Source of the DNA: Prevotella sp. | GTDB lineage: Bacteria; Bacteroidota; Bacteroidia; Bacteroidales; Dysgonomonadaceae | Direction of reading: 5' to 3' | Assembly: GCA_031285625.1 (NCBI GenBank) | Contig: JAITVV010000093.1 | Location: forward strand, 1 to 64,000 | Length of the DNA: 64,000 nt | In this document: in pieces, positions 9,736-19,937 of the stretch | Numbering within the stretch: the stretch's first letter is position 1 | Layout: each line of letters opens with the position of its first letter | Notes under the pieces: model-generated | What the model saw: the letters and a program-made list of their open reading frames with translations, nothing else | What the model was told of the DNA's origin: nothing | Database searches by the model: none | Translations under genes and position numbers: made by a program

Positions 9736-10728
9736 ATGAAATATATACAATTATTGGTATTGAGTATTCTTTTACCTTTTATGAGCTGTAATAGGGTAGA
9801 AAAGCATCCGGTAGATTTTTATTATTGGAAGTCGAATGTGTCTTTTGGGGGGACAGAACAGAAATATTTTGATAAACTGGATAGTAAAAGATTATATATT
9901 CGCTTTTTTGATGTAGACGTAGATGAATACTCGTGGGCGCGACCTAAAGCAAAGATAAATCTATTTGATCCATCTGTAATAGAAGCTGAATATGTGCCGG
10001 TTGTATTTATTACAAATCGTACTTTTCAGAAATTGAATGATTATAGTCTGGAATCGGTAGCAAAAAATATATCGAATCTTATAAACGAAATATGTGAGAA
10101 AAATAGCATACCCCAGGTTTCTGAGATACAAATTGATTGCGACTGGACAGCAAGCACAATGACAAATTATTTTACATTCCTGCACCTACTAAAAAAGGAG
10201 TCGGAAAAAGATATTTCATGTACTCTTCGTCTTCATCAGATAAAATATAAGGACGATACAGGTATTCCACCTGTAAACCGGGCAGTACTAATGTGTTATG
10301 CAACATCTGATCCGACAAAAGAATCAGATAAAAACTCTATATTAGATATTGCTCTACTGAAAGATTATACCAGTAATATAAATTCATATCCCATTAATTT
10401 TGATGTGGCTTTACCTCTCTATTCATGGGGAATTGTAACGAATCATCTCGGGCAAGTCAAATTGGTAAATAATGTTTCAAAAAGTGATATGGATCCTACA
10501 TTTTTTAAGGAAATAAAAGAAAATGAATATGAAGCAATCGATGATTTTTTCTTTCAGGGTATTTATATGAATAAAGGATTTACTGTAAAAACGGAAGGAA
10601 TTTCTGCCCAGTTGCTAAATGAAGCGAAAGAATACCTTGATGGGAAAATAAATAAAGATTATCATATAATATACTATCATCTCGATAAACCTTTTCTTGA
10701 ACGGTTTTCGATTGATGAACTTAAATAA
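9736..10728 (+). CDS. Lipoprotein with GH18-like TIM barrel (DUF3142-like), function unknown
   Basis: Lipobox FMSC; FYYWK, LYIRFFDV, IQIDCDW, TLRLHQ, LMCY, DVALPLYSW motifs. Confidence 0.6.
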   Translation: MKYIQLLVLSILLPFMSCNRVEKHPVDFYYWKSNVSFGGTEQKYFDKLDSKRLYIRFFDVDVDEYSWARPKAKINLFDPSVIEAEYVPVVFITNRTFQKLNDYSLESVAKNISNLINEICEKNSIPQVSEIQIDCDWTASTMTNYFTFLHLLKKESEKDISCTLRLHQIKYKDDTGIPPVNRAVLMCYATSDPTKESDKNSILDIALLKDYTSNINSYPINFDVALPLYSWGIVTNHLGQVKLVNNVSKSDMDPTFFKEIKENEYEAIDDFFFQGIYMNKGFTVKTEGISAQLLNEAKEYLDGKINKDYHIIYYHLDKPFLERFSIDELK

Positions 10729-10733
10729 GTACT

Positions 10734-13115
10734 ATGAAAAGAATATTCTTATTACTGTTGATTATAGTATCGGTTGTAAACCGTACGTTTGCCTGTGCTG
10801 AGAGTTGGGATTCTCCATATAATGAGGGATATTATAATTTGTTTATGCAGGAAGTAATTAATGATCCGCAATATTATCCATTTCTACTCTCTCTTTACAG
10901 TGCTTATTACCCATCACATAGTGAGATAAAGAATGAAAATATCGAAGAATGGGCTGAATATTTAGGTCTGAAATACGATGATGCCTTGTATCTGGTATTT
11001 AAGGCTTCAGAGTCAGATGTAAACCTTCTTCTGGATAAGGGGAAGTCAAAGAATGACACACTAAAATTTGTCACTCCCGGTTTCATCAAAAAATTTAGGC
11101 CGGCATTAGAGTATATTTCCTATGCTAAGTATATGGAACCATATATGGCTATAGCTTCATCAGGTGACGGATGGTGGTATTATTCAGGTGATTATAAAAC
11201 AGCTAATCAACTCAATTATACTGAAGTTACACTTCATTTACAGAAAAACTGGAAAGCTACAAAAGATAAAGAATTGAAACTCAGATATGGTTATCAGTTA
11301 GTGCGTTTTGCTCATTACAATCATAGATACGAAGAAGCTGTCCAGATGTTCGACACCTATGTGGAACCGCTAAACTATAAGCCTGCAATGTATTACCATG
11401 CCTTATCGCAGAAAGCGGGGGCGGAGAGGGGATTGGGAGAGATAATGTCTTCCAATTATAATTTCTTTCAAGTATTTGCTCACTCCAAAAATTTGAAAGA
11501 AACAGCTTTGACTTCACTTAAATTCTCAGAAGAGATTCCTGTAAAAGATTTTTTGGCTAAAGCAAAGACTGACAATGAACGAAATGATACCTATTTATTG
11601 CTTGGATATTTTGCTTTTAGCAATCCTCTGAATGAGATTGAAAAAATAATAAAAACGACACCTGATGCAATTCAGGCAAAGGTGTTGATGGCCAGAGCAG
11701 TTAATACAGTGGAACGTAAGCTGATGGACCCTTATATATCCGGAAGAATAGAAGTAAGTCTGCAGGATAAACGTTATCCATTAATTACAGACAGTAAGAT
11801 GATTACATACTTTCGCAATGTAATGGCTTTGTCGGAAAAGATGGTTGATTCAGAAACTGTAAAAGACAAAAATTTCTGGTATCTGACTACTGCATATCTT
11901 CATTTTATGAATAAAGATTTTACAAAAGCTAAGGATTTCTTAAGTAAGGTAAAACCTTCCGATAAACTTTATGAGTCGCAAAAGAATAGCCTTGCCATGT
12001 ACATTGATATCTGCGAACAGCCCGTAATAGACAACGAAGCCGAGATATATCTGTATTCTAAATATAAGAAAGTTATTAGGTCTCGTCCGGTTTATGATTA
12101 TGAGTTTAGTAGAGAACAATTCCTTAACTATGATTCACAAAGCTTTGTAACAGACGTACTTGCCAATAGATATTATCTGCAAAAAGAGTATGCTAAATCG
12201 TTCCTCTTGCATCATGATATTACAGCTATTAGTAATAATCCAAACCTGGATCTACTGTCCGAAATAGAAGTTTTCTATAAGAGGTCAGATAAAAATGACT
12301 TGGAGAAGATGATAGTATCTAATATGTCTCCTGCTGATGACCCTAAGTTGAACATTCAGTCCTATATAGATAGAGTAAGAGGTATGGTGTATCTGACAGC
12401 TGGGGAATTAGATAGGTCTTTGAATTCATTTTCTAAGATACCAGATAATCTTCAAAAGACAATTTCGGGAAAGATATTTGGCTATAATAAGATAGAATGT
12501 TTCGGATGTGAAGAGAGTAATGTTATGATGGCAAATTATTTTTCTGATTTTCCGTATATAAAAGGTACTATGACAGAAAAGGAACTGGTAGAAGCACTTA
12601 TAAAGCTTACTGATGCCGGACAACAAAGTGGAGATGTGGCTGCCAGGGCGAATTATCTGGCCGGAAGTTTTTATTACAATACTACCCGTACAGGATATTT
12701 CCGGCATTTGCTTCGCTTTGATAATAACAATCTTAATTGTAGTAAATTTTATAATTATGATAAGAAAGAAGATATATTTGATAGTAAGAAAATATACCTT
12801 AAATCATATAACATGGACTATGACAATAATATCTCCGGATCACAGACATATCTACAGAAAGCATATAATCAAGCTACAGACAGCGAATTGAAGGCTCGCA
12901 TAGCATTTGCCTTGTCGAAGTGTGAGCAGGAAGAGTATTATGACAAGAACCATGTGAATTATTATTACCGATATGGGAATAATAAGGATGATGGAATTCT
13001 TATTTCGAAAAGGAAATATTTCAAGGAATTGGCTCAGTATAAGAATACAAAGTTTTATAAAGAAGTTGTTACTTATTGCAAATACTTTGATTATTACATT
13101 ACCAATTGTATGTAA
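10734..13115 (+). CDS. Exported alpha-helical (TPR-like) protein, partner of the upstream lipoprotein
   Basis: Signal peptide ending FA-C; helical repeats (LRYGYQLVRFAHY), ECFGC, C-terminal YCKYFDYY; 5-nt gap to the upstream gene. Confidence 0.6.
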   Translation: MKRIFLLLLIIVSVVNRTFACAESWDSPYNEGYYNLFMQEVINDPQYYPFLLSLYSAYYPSHSEIKNENIEEWAEYLGLKYDDALYLVFKASESDVNLLLDKGKSKNDTLKFVTPGFIKKFRPALEYISYAKYMEPYMAIASSGDGWWYYSGDYKTANQLNYTEVTLHLQKNWKATKDKELKLRYGYQLVRFAHYNHRYEEAVQMFDTYVEPLNYKPAMYYHALSQKAGAERGLGEIMSSNYNFFQVFAHSKNLKETALTSLKFSEEIPVKDFLAKAKTDNERNDTYLLLGYFAFSNPLNEIEKIIKTTPDAIQAKVLMARAVNTVERKLMDPYISGRIEVSLQDKRYPLITDSKMITYFRNVMALSEKMVDSETVKDKNFWYLTTAYLHFMNKDFTKAKDFLSKVKPSDKLYESQKNSLAMYIDICEQPVIDNEAEIYLYSKYKKVIRSRPVYDYEFSREQFLNYDSQSFVTDVLANRYYLQKEYAKSFLLHHDITAISNNPNLDLLSEIEVFYKRSDKNDLEKMIVSNMSPADDPKLNIQSYIDRVRGMVYLTAGELDRSLNSFSKIPDNLQKTISGKIFGYNKIECFGCEESNVMMANYFSDFPYIKGTMTEKELVEALIKLTDAGQQSGDVAARANYLAGSFYYNTTRTGYFRHLLRFDNNNLNCSKFYNYDKKEDIFDSKKIYLKSYNMDYDNNISGSQTYLQKAYNQATDSELKARIAFALSKCEQEEYYDKNHVNYYYRYGNNKDDGILISKRKYFKELAQYKNTKFYKEVVTYCKYFDYYITNCM

Positions 13116-13172
13116 ATAAATAGGTTAGATGTATTCTTCTTAAAACGATAATATAATAGAAGTTAAGCTGTA

Positions 13173-15935
13173 TCAATCGGAAACGCCCCATTCTTTATTT
13201 GGAGTATTTCCTAACCATAATTCGAGTATTCCTCCCTCAGTAAAAGATGTATGTGATATTTGATAAGCATTGTACTCATTTCCATTTAAACGGGCACGTT
13301 GTATATAGCAATTCTCTTTTGAATTGTTATAAGTCTTTATTTTAAATTGTCTTCCCTTATAATAGGCTTGGTCTAATTTTATAGTTACTTCATCAAATAC
13401 GGGACTAGTTATATCATAAACAGGCTCACGGTTTGAACCACCATCCAGACTAAAGAGACCGATAGCCATTAATGTACTTATACCACCCATCTGCCCCTGA
13501 TCTTCATCGTGTCCACCATATCCTTTATCAGGTGTTATAGCGCCATGAGCTTGTTCTTTAACACGGCGTACCCAATATTGAGTAAGCCATGGTTTGCCTG
13601 CATGAGCAAATACGTGCGCATTTGAGCATCCTGGTTGGTTAGCATAACTTATATAACCACCTCCATAACCATATACAAAATCTGCTGAAGCAGATTGTTC
13701 AAATGCATAATTCAGCATACTGCATATACTATCACTACCACCCATAAGTTGTGTCAATCCAGATATATCATGAGATAAACCAAATGTTGCTTGCCACGCA
13801 TTAGCTTCTATATATCCATTACCACTTAATGGGTTTGTATGAAGCCAACTACCATCTTCTTTTTTAGGTAAAATAAGTTTTAAATCTCTATTGAAAGAAT
13901 TTGGCCATCCCATAGCTCTTTTATGAAAATAAGAATAATCTTTCTCTTTACCCATTTTAGAAGCCATTTCAGCCAGAGCCCAATCTTCAAAAGTCCATTG
14001 AATCGTTAATCCTGCATTATCAGGACAGTACCCGTTCTCAATATAAAAGTCTAGTTCCTTGTCCATATTCAATGCGAGCATTCCCCCCTTTGCATGATTT
14101 CTTTTCATGGCATTATATCCGACTAATGGTGACCATTTTCTTGATACATTTTTTTGATAGGCACTGGTAATAAGAGATGTGGCAGGACAGCCAGTCATAA
14201 TATATGAATATCCTCCGGCACAAGGTCCTCGTGGTAATAAGCCGCCATTAATATCATATTCAATCAGGGATGCAGCAAAATCATCTAATACAGATGGATA
14301 TGCAATTCCCCATAATGTATTCAGATTCCATTGAGTCAGCCAAAGAGCATCAAAATTATACATGTGATGAATAGGTTTGCCTAATTTGTCTTTTTTTAAA
14401 TGCTTAACTTTTAGTTCAGCATTTAATGTATGTGTACCTTGTCTTACTCCACCTTTTGTGTAATCTGGATATTCTCCATTGAAATCATCTAATTTATGAC
14501 GTCCCAACAAAGTATGCCATAAATCTGTATATAATTTAATTTTTTGAGCATCAGTTCCACCTTTTACATCAATCTTTCCAAACCACTGATTCCATTCATT
14601 TTGTGAATCTTTACGGACTTTATCAAAGTCCCAGTGATTACAGTCTTCTTTTAGATTTTCTTTTGCATTGGCTATACTCACATATGAAATAGCCATTTTG
14701 ATGTTTATCTGATCACCGGGTTTAACTTTATATTTGGCACTGATTCCTGATGTAGGTGCATCATAATAACTCCATCCTGAGCTTTGTCGTGGTGTGCTTT
14801 CTGTTGTCCCTTGTAAATTCTCAATATTAGTAAAATATTCTTTGTCGGCCCAACCATCAAGGGAATCGAACGGTTTATCGAAATGGGCAACAAAGAATAT
14901 CCTTACTACATCAGGACCTCCCCATAAACGTCCTTTGGTATCAAAATATCCTGAAATTTCGTTACTCTCCGTTTTATATGCATGAGCATTAACCATTGTT
15001 GAAGTGGAGACATATCCTCCCAAATTGAATAAGATATTTGTCAATGTATCCTGAGTGTAGGTCAATCTGTAGAAACTGGTACGGTCTGTGGCGGTTTGTT
15101 CAACCCATATATTATAATCTTCCAAATATAGCCTATGATAACCTGGCTGTACAATTTCTCCCTCGTGGGTAAAACTAGATTTCCAATGCTGTTCTCCTAG
15201 TGTTGGATTAACCTTCCCTGTAGTTGGCATAAGTGTTAAGCCTGATAACATCCAGCAATGAATTTGGGGAAAGCCAAGTATATCTGTAGAATTATAATTA
15301 TATCCTCCTCCATATTGATTTTTATTGCGGGTTAATGGAGCAGCTCCTATCATACCAAATGGCTGATTGCCTGTTATAAAAAAGAAATATCTTCCTCTTG
15401 CTGACTCTATATAAGGATCTACCCATGATACATAATCAGGGTAATCTTCAGGAGCCGGGAATACTTCTATTTCCGATAATCCCAGATTCACCCCATCCCC
15501 GTCTGTAACTTCAAAACGAATCCATTCAGTCTTTTTTGCCGGAAATTCGATAACTTTAGGGCTTCCATCATTCGGTATCTGCCACACATTTATCTGACTT
15601 CCATCGCTGAAGTGTAATATACCACCAGCAACATGTGTCTTCATATCAGGCCTGTCATACAGGATAACCTTGTTAATATTTACAGGATCATCCCAGTCCA
15701 ACTGTATCCATGGATAATCAATTTCTCCCCAGAATGTCATAATACTATTCGATGCCCATTCTCCTTTTTCTGAAATACGAATTACTTGGTCAATGATATT
15801 ATCGGCTTTGTATGATTCATTTAATGCAGAAGATGCAGTTACACGACATTTAGGTGCAACGTTATATGACGAAGCATTTAGTGTATTGAATAATGATAAA
15901 ACAATAGAAATTGTTAAAAATCGATATATTTTCAT
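13173..15935 (-). CDS. GH92 alpha-mannosidase family protein with N-terminal discoidin/CBM32-like module
   Basis: PFGM, PGYHRLYL, KMAISYVS, YIEANAWQ, NQP, DEDQGQM, PVFDEVTI, YIQRARLNG motifs; signal peptide. Confidence 0.88.
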   Translation of the reverse strand: MKIYRFLTISIVLSLFNTLNASSYNVAPKCRVTASSALNESYKADNIIDQVIRISEKGEWASNSIMTFWGEIDYPWIQLDWDDPVNINKVILYDRPDMKTHVAGGILHFSDGSQINVWQIPNDGSPKVIEFPAKKTEWIRFEVTDGDGVNLGLSEIEVFPAPEDYPDYVSWVDPYIESARGRYFFFITGNQPFGMIGAAPLTRNKNQYGGGYNYNSTDILGFPQIHCWMLSGLTLMPTTGKVNPTLGEQHWKSSFTHEGEIVQPGYHRLYLEDYNIWVEQTATDRTSFYRLTYTQDTLTNILFNLGGYVSTSTMVNAHAYKTESNEISGYFDTKGRLWGGPDVVRIFFVAHFDKPFDSLDGWADKEYFTNIENLQGTTESTPRQSSGWSYYDAPTSGISAKYKVKPGDQINIKMAISYVSIANAKENLKEDCNHWDFDKVRKDSQNEWNQWFGKIDVKGGTDAQKIKLYTDLWHTLLGRHKLDDFNGEYPDYTKGGVRQGTHTLNAELKVKHLKKDKLGKPIHHMYNFDALWLTQWNLNTLWGIAYPSVLDDFAASLIEYDINGGLLPRGPCAGGYSYIMTGCPATSLITSAYQKNVSRKWSPLVGYNAMKRNHAKGGMLALNMDKELDFYIENGYCPDNAGLTIQWTFEDWALAEMASKMGKEKDYSYFHKRAMGWPNSFNRDLKLILPKKEDGSWLHTNPLSGNGYIEANAWQATFGLSHDISGLTQLMGGSDSICSMLNYAFEQSASADFVYGYGGGYISYANQPGCSNAHVFAHAGKPWLTQYWVRRVKEQAHGAITPDKGYGGHDEDQGQMGGISTLMAIGLFSLDGGSNREPVYDITSPVFDEVTIKLDQAYYKGRQFKIKTYNNSKENCYIQRARLNGNEYNAYQISHTSFTEGGILELWLGNTPNKEWGVSD

Positions 15936-15960
15936 AGCTATTTTTCTTTTTTCTTCATTG

Positions 15961-15990
15961 ATATTATATATTATATATTATATATTATAT
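15961..15990. repeat. (ATATTAT)x4 tandem repeat in the GH92 leader
   Basis: atattat four times, between a TATATTTG -7 box (16013-16020, minus) and the GH92 start. Confidence 0.8.
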
Positions 15991-16012
15991 GTGTGAACAT
16001 ATTATATATGTG

Positions 16013-16020
16013 CAAATATA
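16013..16020 (-). promoter_or_regulatory. Bacteroidetes sigma-70 -7 box for GH92
   Basis: TATATTTG matches TAnnTTTG. Confidence 0.55.
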
Positions 16021-16082
16021 GTTAATTTCTCTGAAAAATTGATGAAGAAAATAAATAACAACCAAATAGACATAAAAATAAG

Positions 16083-16115
16083 AAAAAGGACTATCTGAAA
16101 CAGAATGGTCCTTTT
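16083..16115 (-). terminator. Intrinsic terminator after GH35
   Basis: AAAAGGAC..GTCCTTTT hairpin 20 nt past the stop. Confidence 0.7.
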
Positions 16116-16135
16116 CAATTTAATTGTATATCTAA

Positions 16136-18466
16136 TTATCTTAATCTAAAAGGAATTGTTTTTATATAGACTTTAAAATCTTTAATCATGCCACTTTTAT
16201 TAGCTTCTGCCCGTGGCAGATATGAAAACCCTGTAATTTTCTTATCCTCGCCCAGGTCAATCACAATCTGATGCGGATATTTAGGTTTGGTTGTTGAATA
16301 GTTCGTATGCCAGAAAGTAGATTCCTGCATGTCGAATACATTGGTGGCTACATTGTTGGCATCATCCAGTTCTTCACTGTCAGCATAAACCACTTTCCAG
16401 TGCTGACGTGATACAGGCTTACCATCTTCGCCCAATAATTCCAGTTCTGCAATTGCTGTATAGTCATCGCCTCCATGTGAACTTAATGCTTCGAGGCAGA
16501 AGAAACGTGTATCCACTACTTCACTAAATTTGATATGCTGCCAGCCGTTACCAGGTTTGAATGCCCCTGTATAAACAGGTGTTTCTCCTGTCAGGTTAAG
16601 GTTTTCTCCCAGTTTACGATGCGCATATGCACCGTGTCCTCTCTGAACGTCCAGTATCGGTTTTCTCAGGCCTTCTGTTTCAGGTTTTTTAGGAGAAGCC
16701 ATATCAAGAATTATGATTTCATTCTCTCCCTGCTTGAGCCAGCAACCCGGCATATACAGTGTTTGTTGAGGGCCAATTTCCCAGAAACGACCGATAGCAT
16801 AACCATTTACCCAAACCATACCTTTACTCCAGTTCATCATATTGAAGAATGTATCTCCTACTTTATCGAGCATAAATGTACCTCTGTAATATGCCGGTTG
16901 CTTAGTTGTATTCGGTTCTTTCTTATATTGCTTGTTCTTGGCGAACTCATAGTCTACAGGGATATTGTATACCTGCCAGCCTTTAAGTTCTTTAATTCCT
17001 GATTTGGATTCAAGTTCAACTTTCTCTGTGATACCTTTCCAGTCATAGATACCTTTTCCAAAGTTCATACGTCCCATCGCTTCAACAAGGATATCGAGTT
17101 GAGCACCTTCTTTTACAGGAGGCAATTTAACCGTACCTTCACCTTTGAGGCGACTAAGGGTAGCTATCTTCTTACCATCAAGGAAAACCTGAGTCCAGTC
17201 GTGGGCTTCTGTGATTATCAAAGTTTGTTCTTCGCTAGATACCATCAACTTAGTACGATAAAGGATGCTTCCCCAACCCTGGTCAAAAAATTCCATGGAT
17301 TTGACTGTCTCGCTTTCTTTAGCTTCGGGCAGATTATCGAATAGAGGGGCTATTTCTATCAGTTCAAAAGCAGGTATGGCAATTGTCGGTATTGAATCAG
17401 GTATCTCCGCCAATGTTTGCCCTTCGGGTAAATAGTTTTTCAATAAGTTACGTACCTCATGGTATTTAGGTGTGATATTCCCTGATTCCCCTATCGGCGC
17501 ATCATAATCATACGATGTACAGGTCGGTGAAAAGTTTGGAAAGTTTGCACCTCCCCAATGTCCGAAACTTGTGCCTCCGTGTGTCATATACAAGCTGAAT
17601 GAGATATTACGGTCAAGCATCTCTTTCATGCCATTTACCAATGCCTCGGCACTACGTGTCTCATGTTTCGCTCCCCAGTGGTCGAACCATCCCGACCAAA
17701 ACTCACTGCACATAAGGGGAGTATCAGGACGGAGTTCCAGTAAACGCCTGAACTGGTCGTCAATATTTGCACCTGTACCGAAGTTAATTGTCCATGTTAA
17801 ATCTTCAAGTGCATTATTTTCAAAGTTGGAATTCCAGTCACATTGGAACAGAGGCACATCCGTAAATCCTGCACTTTTTACAATATCGCGTATTTCAGCT
17901 ACATATGGTTTATCTACGCCAAAAGCACCATATTCATTTTCTACCTGAACCATGATGATATTACCACCCTTGGTTATCTGTAAGTCGGATAGTTGCTTAC
18001 CCACCTCGTTCATAAACAATTTGGTGCGCTCCATAAAATAGGGGTCTTGCTCACGAAGCTTTATATCTTTCTTCTTCAGAAGCCACCAGGGCAAGCCTCC
18101 CATTTCCCATTCTGCACACACATACGGGCCGGGACGGACAATGACATACATATCGTGTTTTTGTGCCAATTTACAGAAGGCTGCTATATCTTTCTGTCCT
18201 GAGAAGTCATACTTGCCTTCTTCGGGTTCATGGTAATTCCAGAATACATATAGGCAAATGGTATTCATACCTAAAGCCTTTGCCGCTTGAATGCGGTGTT
18301 CCCAATACTCCTTCGGGATACGGGGATAGTGGAGTTCGGCGGCTTTTACTACAAATGATTCCCCATTTAATAGAAAAGTTTTGTCGCCTACTTCAAATGT
18401 ACCTTTGGGCGTACAGCCATTCAATAATAAGGCAATCAGTCCGATAAATAAAAATAGTTTTTTCAT
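16136..18466 (-). CDS. GH35 beta-galactosidase lipoprotein with C-terminal F5/8 (CBM32-like) domain
   Basis: ELHYPRIP, YVFWNYHEP, RPGPYVCAEW, MVQVENEYG, SEFWSGWFDHWG, YMTHGGT, TSYDYDAP; lipobox LNGC. Confidence 0.93.
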   Translation of the reverse strand: MKKLFLFIGLIALLLNGCTPKGTFEVGDKTFLLNGESFVVKAAELHYPRIPKEYWEHRIQAAKALGMNTICLYVFWNYHEPEEGKYDFSGQKDIAAFCKLAQKHDMYVIVRPGPYVCAEWEMGGLPWWLLKKKDIKLREQDPYFMERTKLFMNEVGKQLSDLQITKGGNIIMVQVENEYGAFGVDKPYVAEIRDIVKSAGFTDVPLFQCDWNSNFENNALEDLTWTINFGTGANIDDQFRRLLELRPDTPLMCSEFWSGWFDHWGAKHETRSAEALVNGMKEMLDRNISFSLYMTHGGTSFGHWGGANFPNFSPTCTSYDYDAPIGESGNITPKYHEVRNLLKNYLPEGQTLAEIPDSIPTIAIPAFELIEIAPLFDNLPEAKESETVKSMEFFDQGWGSILYRTKLMVSSEEQTLIITEAHDWTQVFLDGKKIATLSRLKGEGTVKLPPVKEGAQLDILVEAMGRMNFGKGIYDWKGITEKVELESKSGIKELKGWQVYNIPVDYEFAKNKQYKKEPNTTKQPAYYRGTFMLDKVGDTFFNMMNWSKGMVWVNGYAIGRFWEIGPQQTLYMPGCWLKQGENEIIILDMASPKKPETEGLRKPILDVQRGHGAYAHRKLGENLNLTGETPVYTGAFKPGNGWQHIKFSEVVDTRFFCLEALSSHGGDDYTAIAELELLGEDGKPVSRQHWKVVYADSEELDDANNVATNVFDMQESTFWHTNYSTTKPKYPHQIVIDLGEDKKITGFSYLPRAEANKSGMIKDFKVYIKTIPFRLR

Positions 18467-18476
18467 ATTATAGTTT

Positions 18477-19775
18477 TTATTCTTTCATTACAGCTTTATC
18501 AACTTCAAGCACCATCACTTCCTGAGGGGGAATATCTGCTTTTCCTTCACCGTCAATCTGTTCTGTAGTCTGTACAAAGAGATGCAACTTGCCGTCTTTT
18601 CTCCAGAGTTCGGTATCATAGCTTGGTTCCCACGAGCCAACTGAAAAATCGGTGAGGTCATAAATATTCCATCTGTTTTTTGATATATCCCGACATTTTG
18701 CAACAGAAACTTTAGCTCCTCGTTCCTCATCCCGAAAGAACAGATATACTTCATTATTTCCGGCTACAATCTGAGGACGGGATATTGGTATTCTCTTCGT
18801 TCCTCCACCTTTAAGGGTAAAAGGTGTACTTCTGAAGTTTAAATTGACACTGTTCCACTCTTTTTTATTCCAATATACAACATGGTATTGAGGCGTCTCT
18901 GAATCTTTTTCCCGCCAGTAAGAGGCAATATATACCTCTCCCTTTTTATTTGTAGTCATCGAAGTCTGGTTAATCAGCTCGCTGTTCTGTGGTATATGCC
19001 ACACATATTCGGCATTATCCTGTGTGATTGGCAAATCATATTTGTGTCCGTCTGATTTTTCCCATGTAGAGCCAAAATCGGATGAACGTGCATAGCATAA
19101 ATCATGGTTAGTAGACACATCCCAGGTTTCGCGCCATACCCACGACAGGTGGATAACTCCTTTGCTATCGACACATGCCTGCCAATGAGCATTCCGTTTG
19201 ATTTCCCCATCAATCAAGTTACTCTGTTTTTGCTTCCATTTTCCCGATTTCAGGTCATAATGGTTTATTACGAGATTCCCATTTCCCGATTGTCCGTCCC
19301 TGTATATAAATATTAAATCTCCATTGGGTATACGGAAGAATTCGGGATAGGTTACATTTGTTTCAAATTGTCCTGTCATCGGTTCCTTATCTCTAAGCTC
19401 CAAAGATAAAGGAGCTTTAGCCCTGGCATATCGCAGCGGGTGCCTGTGATGGTCCCAGGCTACATGAAGATAGCCGTCTCCATCTACCATAATACTGATA
19501 GAGTTATGCGCATCCTGCACATTTCCTTTATATTGAGTCTGATGTAAAGTCCAGTCTTTTACATTGATGAGGTTTCGTTTACCCAACATCAAATATCCGT
19601 CAGGATTATAATAAGCTATAAATTGTGTATCCTTATATGTCACCAGTGAGTTCTTGCGGAAAATGGTCGTATTCACTGAGTTATTCGCCCAGCCATCACC
19701 AACAGGAACAAGCGTCTGACTGCTTACAGGAAGTATCAGGCATAAAAAAAGGATAAACAAACCGGATATTCTCAT
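18477..19775 (-). CDS. BNR-4 repeat beta-propeller protein (putative carbohydrate lyase/hydrolase)
   Basis: DAHNSISI.VDGDGYLHVAWDHH, VTYPEFF, YRDGQSGNG, YARSSDFGSTW Asp-box; signal peptide. Confidence 0.75.
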   Translation of the reverse strand: MRISGLFILFLCLILPVSSQTLVPVGDGWANNSVNTTIFRKNSLVTYKDTQFIAYYNPDGYLMLGKRNLINVKDWTLHQTQYKGNVQDAHNSISIMVDGDGYLHVAWDHHRHPLRYARAKAPLSLELRDKEPMTGQFETNVTYPEFFRIPNGDLIFIYRDGQSGNGNLVINHYDLKSGKWKQKQSNLIDGEIKRNAHWQACVDSKGVIHLSWVWRETWDVSTNHDLCYARSSDFGSTWEKSDGHKYDLPITQDNAEYVWHIPQNSELINQTSMTTNKKGEVYIASYWREKDSETPQYHVVYWNKKEWNSVNLNFRSTPFTLKGGGTKRIPISRPQIVAGNNEVYLFFRDEERGAKVSVAKCRDISKNRWNIYDLTDFSVGSWEPSYDTELWRKDGKLHLFVQTTEQIDGEGKADIPPQEVMVLEVDKAVMKE

Positions 19776-19797
19776 TATTTATTAAACTAAAATTGTT

Positions 19798-19855
19798 AAA
19801 AAGTGACAAAGGTGACACATTTTTGTTGTTTTTAATGTTACTTTTTTCTTGTTAC
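19798..19855 (+). repeat. Dispersed GTRACA three-box element, copy 1
   Basis: AAAAAGTGACAAAGGTGACA-N18-TGTTACTTTT, plus extra TGTTAC at 19850. Confidence 0.7.
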
Positions 19856-19937
19856 ACTGAGTTTTTTAATCAATATTTACAGCTGTATATAAATAGATAA
19901 TTTTTAGAGATTATCCTGACTATTTTTCATATAAAAA

